A DNA stretch of 59,078 bases, counting the filler, from Catajapyx aquilonaris (Eukaryota), in assembly GCA_000934665.2 (NCBI GenBank). It is 3 parts of 3 records of this genome, joined end to end, with 100 filler letters (N's around TTAATTAATTAA, not from the genome) between each part and the next. Parts side by side here need not be neighbours in the genome. Positions count along the whole stretch, not along the records: positions 39,454 to 59,078 come from KZ539532.1; 2 more parts are not named here. One strand, written 5' to 3'. Shown piece after piece: positions 48,108 through 59,078 of the stretch (the first letter of the stretch is position 1; every line of letters starts with the position of its first letter). A program made the position numbers and the translations under genes. The notes beneath the pieces were generated by a model. The model was not told where the DNA came from. It worked only from the letters and a program-made list of their open reading frames with translations, and did not search any database.

Positions 48108-50194
48108 TATTCGCTGAGACCTAATTTTGTAATATTAAATCCATAACAGCTAATGTGCTCATTAAGGCTTAATTTGACAGCAGCTATTTTTTATGCCCTA
48201 CATTTCCAGGTAGTAGCTACTGATTTTTTAAAAAAAAGTTTCTGATATGGAAGTCTTGTCATCTTATTATTTGCACTTACACTTTGATAATTATGCGGAG
48301 CCGTGACGTATCCGAGAAGACTCTCATCAGTCAAAGCGAATTTGAGATGTGTCAAAAGTTTTAGCAGGCCAGTCTTGCCAAAATTATTTGCACCGTGTAT
48401 GCGTCCTATATCCTGGTGCGTGAGGACGGAGGATTAAACCAACCTCATTAATTTTCCATGCAATTAATTAATGAAATTGTTCTGCGGGACGTTTCCGGTT
48501 CTTAATTTTTCTGCTGCGTTAATTGTTAATGCAACTGCTGACTTTGTAGGCGGGCTGTTTACTGTAATTCGCAAACTATTATTGCGCACTAACCAAAAAG
48601 TAATACGTGTTATGCTGCTTACAACTCAATATGGTAGATAATTCCAACCGTGCAAGCTGCGCGAACTGTGGTGCGCACTCGGTTTCGGTAGTTTAAAAAA
48701 TCGTCGCCATCTGAAATTAACGGACGTTTAAGTTAATTTGTCGATATGCCGTCCCATTAATGTACTGTACTTTCAACTCTTTAATTGAATCCAATTGTTA
48801 CATGGGGACCTACATGCGACAACAATGATGCAAATGCACTTTATTTTTCCCTTTTATCCGGGGCCGCACCCGGATTTTTACCCAGGGTGCCCGGTAATTT
48901 ATTATTGGTTGTCCCAGGCTGAGTTCTCCTGTGGGACTGAAAATGGGATTGTTTTCCACAGCGCAGAGGTCAATCAGGGTAGACGCATTGTCGCAGTTGT
49001 TGGGCAATTATTCTACTCCATTTGTGCGGAGGAAGAAGACAATAATGCAACTAGGCGACGATTGCGCCATTGTTGAAACCAAATCGGGCGACCTTTCATA
49101 TCCAGTCGCAATGATAATTTTGATTCTAAACTTGTCCACGAAGTACCGTACTTCGCTAATAGATGGCGCACCCTCCCTCTCTGCACAGTGCTGCCACACA
49201 GTCACGCGGGATAAAGCGGAACTATCAGCTCGGACAAACATCAGACTTGTTGGTAGTGCATCACCCTGTAGTTTTAACCTACTTCTGATGAACCTACGCT
49301 TGTTTAATTTTTCACCCGATGGCCTTTAGGGTGACGAGCTGGGATTCCGCACAAAGTGCGTAATTGAACATCGACATACATGTACGAGGCATCATGAACA
49401 TGAAGCACTGGGTCATACCGCAACATGTACACCGTGTAACAGTCAAGCTTGACGGCACCGCGTGTCATATAATTAACGCCCTTATGAGTCAAGTGGGCAA
49501 CATCAATTACCCTAGTTGCTGTGTCCTGTGTGCGTACTACGCTCGACAAAATGTAAAAAAAATGTTGAAAGGAACGGTTCAGTATTTTGTTAATTTTTGA
49601 CGATTTGCAAAAGTTGGTGTTGCCATGCTGTTGTCGAGGCGATGGAAGTGTCATAGGTTGTATCCTTTGAAGGAAAATGCGTAGCTTCTTTTGCAATGTT
49701 GTCTTGTACAGTTCGTTCTGCGTTGGCCTCAATACAGGAACGATGCTCACTGTACATTATAAGAGCAATGTCTCGGCACGTGTTAGTGTAATCGACCACA
49801 TATGCAGACGAATCAGTAAGGAGAGTCGATCATGAAATATTAATTGCGCTCGACGCAAATAGAAGCAATGGAATGACCCGTAAGGCTATGGGAATTTATT
49901 CGGGAAAATATTTGCGAGCAAAGTTTTCCGGAATTTAAATCATGCGCACATAGCCTCGGGATGCACACGTTTTAAGTCATCACGCAGCAACTGCTATTCT
50001 TAGCCAAAGTTTCTAAGTCGACTATCAACGCTTGGCTGATTCACAAACACCCGGGAGGGAACCAACAATGGAACTAGAGGTTCTGCTGCAAAGATTTTAA
50101 ATTTATTGTTGTCTTCTAGATGGTACTGAGACTGTACAGTCATGACCTGGTTTTGCATACATGTGTTTGGGTTGTACTTTTAGCTTAAAGGTAC

Positions 50195-50400
50195 GTAGTA
50201 CTTTACTTCGCTCGTAGATGGCGCACCCTCCCTCTCTGCACAGTGCTGCCACTCTCAGGTGGAGGAAAGTGGTACTACATGCTAGCAACCATCGCTAATA
50301 GATGCCGCACCCTCCCTCTCTGCACAGTGCTGCCACTCACAGTCGTGCGAGGGGTAGTGGTACTACCTACCTACCTACCGCGGACAGAGGCACAGACTTG
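50195..50400 (+). repeat. Dispersed repeat family (TAGATGGCGCACCCTCCCTCTCTGCACAGTGCTGCCACTC core)
   Basis: Two tandem cores here. Further copies at ~45630-45800, ~49140-49270 and, inverted, ~55320-55550. Confidence 0.8.
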
Positions 50401-51509
50401 CCAATCATATTCTACAAATGATTAGTTGATTGGCTGTTTGTCGTGTTTCTTGGGGGAAAAAGTGCAGGAATATGTTGCTTTCCCCCCCCACTAATCCCAT
50501 CAGCGGCGATGGACAAGTTTGAGTCCAATATGAATGCCATGGGACCCACCAGGCCTGGAATGAACATTTTGTAGTATTTGAATGGTGATCAAACTAGTGG
50601 GGCGCCTCCAAGTCTGCAGATTTTGGCCTGACGCTGTTCATTATTACGACTTACAAAGCTGCGTGGGTTCGTCTCTTCTTCTTTTTTCTTTTGAAGTGCT
50701 TCACCTACCGGGTGACCTCCGCCTGTGACCTCCGCCCAACAGTTTACATAGAAGATGGTCTAATCCTGACTAATGGTATTTGAGCGATTTAATCTGGGAG
50801 CCCGCAGCCTCCGCTGCAGCACAAAGAGTCATTACTTATTATCCTTCATTTTCCTCGATCTTGTACGCTTTTAAGGAGAGAAAAGAGGGAGGGAGAGAGA
50901 GAGAGAGAGATTATAATAATGCAATATGTAGAGAGTGTTTCTGTGCGTCGCGACGCTGACGATGGGTGTGCCTTACTGGCGCCATGATTTATGGCCTTCT
51001 CATACTCCTTAAAGTGCGGTCAGTGTGTGCGAAGGACGGTGCACACGTGCCGCTGTTATCAATCATTCGCACGTGTACTAATTACGCAGCAGAGCCAATC
51101 AACAGAAGGAAAAATATTATTGCCAGTCGTTCACTCCAGATATCCCGCTTTAATGAGAAACCTGTCGCGTACATTTAATTATATCATTTATTATTATATT
51201 AGTTATTACGTTTACTAGATATTTTAATGGTTATTATTTCTATTAGGTGTTTCATTTGTTATTATTTCTATTAGTTGTTTCATTTGTTTATTGGTTATCT
51301 TCATTGATTATTAGTTATTCTAGTTATTATTTCCGTCAGTTATTTTATTGGTTATTTATTACTATTTTATTAGTTACTTTATTTGCCATTTTATTGGTTA
51401 AGCTTATTACCATTTTATTTGTTGCCATTTTATTGGTTATTTATTACTATTATATAGTTGTTATTGGTTATTGGTTCATTATAGTTATGTCACTGGTTAT
51501 GTATTAGGA

Positions 51510-51856
51510 ATATTATTGGTTATTATTTATCGGTTTTGTATTAGTTATTTCTAACAGCTGTAGGATTGGCTATTATTTATCGGTTTTGTATTAGTTATTT
51601 CTAACAGCTATAGTATTGGTTATTATTTATCGGTTATTAGTTATTCCTAACAGCTATAGTTTTGGCTATTATTTATCGGTTATTAGTTATTTCTAACAGC
51701 TATAGTATTTGTTATTATTTATCGATTATTAGTTATTTCTAACAGCTATAGTATTGGTTATTATTTATCGGTTATTAGTTATTTCTAACAGCTATAGTAT
51801 TGGCTATTATTTATCGGTTATTAGTTATTTCTAACAGCTGTAGTATTGGTTATTAT
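51510..51856. repeat. Minisatellite, about 7 copies of a ~46-50-bp unit
   Basis: Unit TATTGGTTATTATTTATCGGTTATTAGTTATTTCTAACAGCTATAG, flanked by AT low-complexity sequence from ~51180. Confidence 0.9.
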
Positions 51857-53949
51857 TTTGGTAATTTGATTCGTTATTTATTAGAATTTTTATTAGTTAG
51901 AATTTTATTAATTAGTTTATGTATTATTTTATTTCGTATTTTATTTTCATAATGATAAAACATCTTGCTGGTGAGAACACCTAGGAATGACCCGACTGTG
52001 TGTATACGATGGAAGGATTTTAATGAATTACACTTGCGGACTGAAATGGATGACGGACTAATTAGGGGTGCTTGTGGTTGCTGCTGATTGCCGCTGGATT
52101 TCAAGGATTGCCATTCCGGATTGCGGGAGATTACCGGCTGTAATGTTACAGGATTACTGCTGTCAAGTGACAAGCCCCTACTTTCGATCGATACAGAGGG
52201 TTAACTAGCTATATATACATTGTTCAAATGTGCGAGGGTTAATTACTTGTAATTACGTGTAATAATCATTTGGCATTAGGAATATTGGTGGTTGCACATC
52301 ACGATTACGTGATTTCATGACAGGAAGTAATCCGTCAACTTGAGCATCCCACAATAAGACTTCCTGGATGAAATCCACGGGATGATGTCCAGGTCTTTTG
52401 AACTCTTTCTTCCTCGGGTTTTGAAAATTTCCTTTTCAACTAATAAGACACGAACAATGAATATCCTATTGCGCAGCCTCCGTAATCTCTAAAAGACGTT
52501 AATAGGATCATTTTTCTCCCAGCATGTACTGTACCATCCGCCTATAAAGCAAGGTAACCGACCTGGGTCTTCTTTCGCTTACGACCCACGACGACGGATA
52601 TATATTTATGACTATGCATAATACACTTCGCTTCGACGCGCGGAGTTTCCTGTGCTCTGAGAAAACCGTTTCACCTTTTAAGAACAACCGAAATGCATTT
52701 TTTACGAGCGCAATCTAGTGCGCACTACAGTTCGCGCAGCGTGCAAGGTTGGCATTATCAATGATAGCTCTCAGTGGGTGTACCTTGCATGTAAGCGCTG
52801 GAAGTATTTCCAACTCTACGCAAAAATGACCCAGGTTTTCTCAGGAACGAACCTCAGAGGCTACAGGGAGTAGCTCTGGCAACGCTGTTATCACACCAGA
52901 GGAGCTGCGCGATTGTGGGTGCGCAGGCGCTGTCTCCCCCTTGCCCCCCATTGCGCAGGCGCATAACGGGGCCCAATCGGAAACGTCGCGGAAAACAACT
53001 TCAAAGCCTTGAAAGCAGGGGCGGTAAGGGGAGAGAAATGGGACATACCGACGAACTTTACCTTTCATATAAAATTTTGTCGTGCTATTTCTTCACACTT
53101 CTTGCTCTGCCCACCTGGCATATTTTCCAGCTCTTTAATTATTATTATTATTATTTGAAAAAAAATATGAAAGGGAACGTGTGGATAAAGCCTGTCGCAA
53201 ACCATGGCGGTAACACGGTACAAAGCAAAGCGTGTGTGCGTACAGCCCGCAATTTTTTTTTCCTTCCTTCTTCTCTGTACTGCAAGTTATTAGCGCACTT
53301 TCCGGTGCACTTGGCAGCTGGATGTAAATCCGGGTGAAAGGAGAGCGGTCTGTGCAAAGAGAAATTTATATGTATGCTCTGCGTGAGTTATAATTCTGCT
53401 CCATTTCTCTTTGCCTGCTGCTGGAGGGGTCGTTGAAATGTGCGGCAGATATATATAATATTTTGGCACAAATTTTGATCCGCAATATATTCTAATTCGA
53501 CATTTTTTGAAAATAATTTAACGGCGCGAATACTAATCCGGATGGACAAACCCGTTTGAAAACCACAGTTTGCAAAATTGCACTGGTTTTATGATAAAAT
53601 TGTGGCTTACTAAAACTTGATGCATGCGGTTCAACCGTGGTTGAAATTAAGCTGCATTGGAGCCTGAAATGCACACAAATTTTGGACGAAATGGCATGGC
53701 AACAAACCGACTCAATTTTGCACAGTATAGTGATTTAAAGCACAAAAAATTGGCACAAACAGTAACTCTGCAGTTGTTACAGTGTAATTATTTGTATAGA
53801 GTTGGCTAGGCGTGACTCTGTCCCTATGCGCCATCTGGTAGTGGCATATTGTACTACGTCCAAGTGTGGGGGGAGGCGGCCGAGTTGCCAAATTTGTGTT
53901 CGCTTAGCAGGATACCCGTTCTTCGCAATGGAATTGAAGAATTAACATA

Positions 53950-54580
53950 ATTACTCGAAAAACCTTCGCTTCGCTCCATTTTTCTAGGCTTGCGGCCTAC
54001 GGTGGTGGAGGCCATACTGTTGGGTGTGGGGAGGGCGAAGTACACCCTCCGGCCATCAGCGAACGAATGGACAGTTCCTCTTCCCACCCACCAGAAGCGC
54101 TGTCTCCACACATTGCGTATGCGTAGAACGCGGGCCAATCGGAAGAGTCGCGGTAACAATATGCGACGGACCAATGAGAAGGCTTATACATACACGCCTA
54201 CTACGATTTTAACATTACAGACTAGGAAAACGCTCGCTCTTTTCTAGGCCTACTGCCTGGGGTAGCCTACCTATTCGGCGCACCATATCGCCGGGGAATG
54301 GACAGTTTCCCCGGCAACCCAACAGGAGTTGTTTACACCCCATTGCGCATGAGTAGAACGCGGGCCAATGGGGAGGTGGCGGTAACAATATGCGGCAGAC
54401 CAATCAGAGGGCTCGGCCAACTCCCGCAAGGATTTTAATATTATAGATTGAAAAAAAATTGTCAAAGTTGCTATGGTGTTGCCATGGACACTCGTTGCTA
54501 TAGGTAATCCCGTTGCTATGGCAGAATAAGGTGGTAGAATGGAAGGGAAATGAGACATACCGACAAACTTCCTTTATATA
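53950..54580 (+). repeat. Repeat with two diverged ~270-bp internal units; related fragment at ~52940-53070
   Basis: CGCTC..TTTTCTAGGC...GAATGGACAGTT...CATTGCG.ATG.GTAGAACGCGGGCCAAT...GCGGTAACAATATGCG occurs twice. The end GAAATG.GACATACCGAC.AACTT is shared with ~53036. Confidence 0.7.
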
Positions 54581-56311
54581 CACTGTCGAGACGACCTTGG
54601 TTTATATGTACAAGCTTAACCGTGTGTGCTTTAACCACATGTTGAATGTTGGCAATATGTTTAAAGCATTAATGCGTGAAATAATAATTAGGGCCCGGGG
54701 CATAGACCTGTACTGTACGCAAATTGCTAAACAAAATTGGCAAGTTTATTGCAGAACCTGATGATCAGTATTGATTTGGAAAGGGCGGAAAATTTTTCTG
54801 GAGACGTTGTTGACTCCAGCAACACCAGGTTGGCACAATTATGAAAATTGCGTCGCTTTGAACTTGTTGCTTTTGTTTGCGGCGGAATCGATGCGGTGGA
54901 TTGTGTCAAAAAGAAGAGCAACAGGTGCACACCTGTTGTCTATAGAACTGGCCACAACTCAGCTCATTGTTGACGGACATTTTTTGACCGTAAGCCGATT
55001 TCACACACACACAAAAGAAAGCTGACTGTTGACAGGCGGACTCGATTTTTTTTTTTTTGTTTTATTTAATTTCAAAAATTGCAGCGGGCTAATGAAATGT
55101 GTAAGCGAGCCTTGGGCTTTGTTGTTGTGTCCACCGGAGCTCTTCTGTGCCTAGCAGTTGGGTGTTTTAATTATTATAGTGAGATTAAATTTTAATGTGC
55201 GGACGGGTTTGTACTGTACACTGCTGGGGCAATGCGGATTTTTGCTTTGAACTCATCGCCTGCAAGTCAAATCAAACAAACGGAGGCTGTCGACTCGGAT
55301 ATCCACTCTTGCACACAGTATGTGCCTCTTGTCCGCGGTCAGTCATCGTCTCGGCTCAGCCAGGTGCATGTAGTTCCACTATCTCTCGCACGACACAGAG
55401 TGGCAGCACTGTGCAGGGAGGGAGCGCCATCTATGAGCGAACTAGATGGTTCTTAGCATGTGGTACCACTTTCCTCCACCTTAGAGTGGCAGCACTGCGC
55501 AGAAGATGGTGGGTATAGTGCGCCATCTATGAGCGAAGTAAGGTACTAAGTGGACAGTGCCGTGATTGTTGCTTCTCTTCAAATCAGGTTGCTGTACTGG
55601 AGGGAATAATCAGGATGAGTCCCAGTTTGATCCCGAATTAAGTTACTTCGATCGCGGGTTCAAGTCCGTCCCTGTCGAGCGTGAAACGGGGAATGTGTGC
55701 GGAAGCAGGCGTCTCTCTTTCGCATGCAAATCGCACTGGGGCTTGCCAGAGGAGACAATTAATCCATGGATTTATTCAACCTCCCCTGCAAAAAAAAAGC
55801 CACCCAGGCTCAATTATTTGCCACGCATCCTTCAATCATGGCCAGGTTAGCAACTTTGTTGCTGCTTTAAGCAGCGACTTTATAGTGGCTATAGAAAATA
55901 ACAGAGATTCGAAGCTAATGCTTACGATATGAACAGCTAAAAACAACTGCGTCTAAACAACTTTAACTATACGTTTGTGGCCATCGAAAATAACAGTCAT
56001 TGCTATAGTTTACACCCCTGGTTTGAACTTTAACTACGTTAAAATAACAGTTGCTATGTTTGCAATAATATTTTCTATTTTCAGCTAAACAGATGTAACA
56101 GTTACTTTGGTGGTTATTAAAATAATTTTCTATAGTACTTTCAAGTCTCAACTAATACTACTTTTGATAACAGATAACAATCACTGAACTGGCTAAGCAA
56201 CTTTGACAGCTACTTTAGTAGTGGCTATCAAAACAGCAGTTGCTAAATTCGTAACTAACTTTTTCTATGACAGCTAAAAGTAACTGCTTTAAATATTAAG
56301 CAGCTTATATA

Positions 56312-56588
56312 CAGGGTGTAAATCATAAGCGTGTCACCGGAAAAGGTGGTGGTAGAGAGCGCAGGTGTGAGCATTTTTGCATAAGGAACTAGGGGTCGGA
56401 AACGCCCCCTCACAGAGTTACGTCCCTTTCAAGTTTGCGGCAGGTATAGTGTGCAAGAGGCGTGCGGCACGCGGCGGAGTGACTCGGTGATGGCGCGTTT
56501 CCGACCCCTAGTTCCTTATGCAAAAATGCTCACACCTGCGCCCTCTGCCATCACCTTTTCTGGTGACACGCTTAGGATTAACACCCTG
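56312..56588. mobile_element. Palindromic Tc1/mariner-type MITE
   Basis: TA|CAGGGTGT...ACACCCTG|TA with ~95-bp inverted arms. Confidence 0.9.
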
Positions 56589-57004
56589 TATAGTAAACAC
56601 CGCTAATCTTAAAATGCTGAATTTGATTTTGTATAAAAAAGTGCGAAAATTGAGAATATTATTTGTGAGCGATTTATTTTGAATTCCTTTGAACAAAGGT
56701 TTTTCAAAGAAGGGCATGGGACGAGCCATTTTCATGTACAGTACATGTAGCCCTCGCGTCGATCTGATGTATGCATGCAGTGGTAATTCGCCGGTCATAC
56801 GTCGGATGGACGTCGAGTATAACGAAGTTACTGTAACTAACCACGCACACGGTTACTTTCTGTCGCATTGTGTCCCGGAATTATTTTCCGGGCGATGAAT
56901 CTCTCTCACTCGATCGTCGAGTGGTCGCCATATCCGCTTCCATGTTCAGCAGCTCATGTCGACCGGAACGACATCATATATGACCTGGGACTATGATATA
57001 GCCC

Positions 57005-57014
57005 TTCTCTCTCT

Positions 57015-57064
<50 letters not shown>
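57005..57064. repeat. (CT)n microsatellite
   Basis: Read directly from the sequence. Confidence 0.95.
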
Positions 57065-57065
<1 letters not shown>

Positions 57066-57661
57066 ATTTGACCTTTTGACCCAGCCGTGGCGACTCTATA
57101 TACCTGGTGGCATGTGTGCTGCTGAAGTTCAGGTCACCCACACAAAGTGTACATGACCTGTCATTGCACCTTTTGCAAAAAAAAATATATATTAATAATA
57201 ATTTGTCATTTCATGGCCAGTGATAATAACCGGTACTGGCACGCATGACTATTCAGGCGCAGAATCTAATTAAACTCATTGCGGCACACCTCCATGCAAT
57301 TATTATCACGAATTTAATGTCGGCGCACTTGATGGCCATGCACCACAAACCTCGCAGCATGGCAATAAGTTGCAGATTTAATATACAAAATGTACACAAT
57401 ACGTGTAATAGTTAATACAGTAGCTAATGTTAATAACCTAATACTAATTCAAAAGCTAATACACTATAATAGCTAATATCGCGCTGACTATAATATTCAT
57501 AATCTAACGAATCGCTGATATTAGCTGGTGTATAATAGCCGAAGTCGAGCTAATGTACACAGCTAATATTAATAAACTAATACGGATTTAACAGCTAATC
57601 TGCAATAGCTGATATCGAGCTAATAATATAATTATGCTGTGTAACAACTGATATCGAGCTA

Positions 57662-58196
57662 CTTGCCCAAACCCAAAATAATTCGCTCACCCTGATATTT
57701 CCCAGTTGAGAATATGGAAATGACGAAATATAAATTAATTGCACATAAATAGGGTGTCATGAAGGTCGCCTACGTATGGAGTGGCATCTTGCCCACACGA
57801 TGGCACAAAAATGCCTCCTCCAGCGCACATATGACCAAGGTCACAGAGGTTTAAAAATGCGCGATGGGAACGTCAGAAGTGTTCGCTCACAGCGCGCGCT
57901 GCATCAGATGAATTCACTCAGGTACAGTAATTATGCATTTTAATGAACATGGATAACATAAAGGCACTCAATAAGGCGTGACATCCCCCTTATTAGCTGC
58001 AGTAACAGCCTCCAGACGTTGGGGCATCTTGTCGTAGAGAGCTGCACACACTGCTCTGGGGTCACACTATCCCGTATTTCTTGAAGTCTCTGTACCAGTG
58101 ACTTGACAGTTCGGGGACGCATGCGCCTCAGATGCTGCTTCCATATTCTCAACTGGGAAATATCAGGGTGAGCGAATTATTCTGGGTTTGGGCAAG
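57662..58196 (-). mobile_element. Tc1-derived non-autonomous element retaining the transposase C-terminus
   Basis: TA-flanked 58-bp inverted repeats. Minus strand encodes (with frameshifts) PDIS/PVEN/IWKQHL...LQEIRDSVT...MPQRLEAVTAANKGDVTPY*, matching Tc1 SPDLNPIENLW...MP.RL.AVI.A.G..T.Y*. Confidence 0.8.
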
Positions 58197-58519
58197 TAAT
58201 ATACACCTAATATTCATGCACTAATGAATAGCTAATATTCATACACTAATGGATAGCTAGTATATAATAGCTGATGACATACTAATATAATTTAATAGCT
58301 GACATTAACATACTTTAACATGGCTAATATTAATAACCTAATACTAATTTAACAGCTTATATTTAATAGCTCATCACACTATTAAATAGCTAATATTAAT
58401 AACCTAATACTAATTTAACAGCTTATCTATAATAGCTCATCATACTATTAAATAGCTAATATTAATACACTAATGAAATGAATAGCCAATATTACTATAC
58501 AAATAGTCAATATTGATAT

Positions 58520-58910
58520 ACTAATAAATAGCTAATACTAATAAACTAATAAATAGCTCATACTAATAAACTAATAAATAGCTAATACTAATAAACTAAT
58601 AAATAGCTCATACTAATAAACTAATAAATAGCTAATACTAATAAACTAATAAATAGCTAATACTAATAAACTAATAAATAGCTAATACTAATAAACTAAT
58701 AAATAGCTAATACTAATAAACTAATAAATAGCTAATACTAATAAACTAATAAATAGCTCATACTAATAAACTAATAAATAGCTCATACTAATAAACTAAT
58801 AAATAGCTAATACTAATAAACTAATAAATAGCTAATACTAATAAACTAATAAATAGCTAATACTAATAAACTAATAAATAGCTAATACTAATAAACTAAT
58901 GAATAGCCAA
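58520..58910. repeat. Minisatellite, about 15 copies of a 25-bp unit
   Basis: Unit CTAATAAATAGCTMATACTAATAAA, embedded in related AT-rich degenerate repeats (~57400-59000). Confidence 0.95.
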
Positions 58911-59078
58911 CATTAATCTCATACTACAATAATAATTGCATTGCTAGTATATAGAATAGCTGATGTAGAATTAATGCAATAGCTAATACCAGTATACTAC
59001 TACATCGCTGATATAATCATAATGTACAAATATAAACATACAGAATGTAATGGAAGTGACAATGTTGTTTCGGTGGGG

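Noticed and set aside
49304..49799. 148-aa and 69-aa minus-strand ORFs
   Set aside because: No recognisable domain or splice structure, and the region lies among repeats.
51247..51507. 86-aa very hydrophobic ORF
   Set aside because: It arises from T/A-rich low-complexity sequence grading into a minisatellite, with no splice or promoter support.

Overview
This is eukaryotic, intron-containing, TE-rich DNA, probably arthropod given the OBP-like genes, mariner remnant and tRNA-SINEs. It comes in three pieces joined by artificial 100-bp spacers (N44-TTAATTAATTAA-N44 at 19628-19727 and 39354-39453). Piece 1 (1-19.6 kb) holds four tandem, intact, 8-exon paralogous genes for secreted 12-15-Cys odorant-binding-protein-like proteins that end in G-R-R polybasic sites, plus an orphan terminal exon. 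Comparing the paralogs exposes several insertions: a piggyBac-type foldback element, SINEs and a Sola1-like MITE. Piece 2 (19.7-39.4 kb) holds a locus encoding two paralogous single-pass membrane proteins. They appear to share one exon in two reading frames, with the first ORF's stop overlapping an in-frame ATGATG of the second, and there is an internal CRE/E-box promoter. This piece also has a chromodomain-coding exon, a mariner relic and a tRNA-Ala-derived SINE. Piece 3 (39.5-59 kb) is mostly MITEs, SINEs and minisatellites with no confident CDS. All gene models were built by hand from splice signals, frame continuity and paralog comparison. No database search was run.
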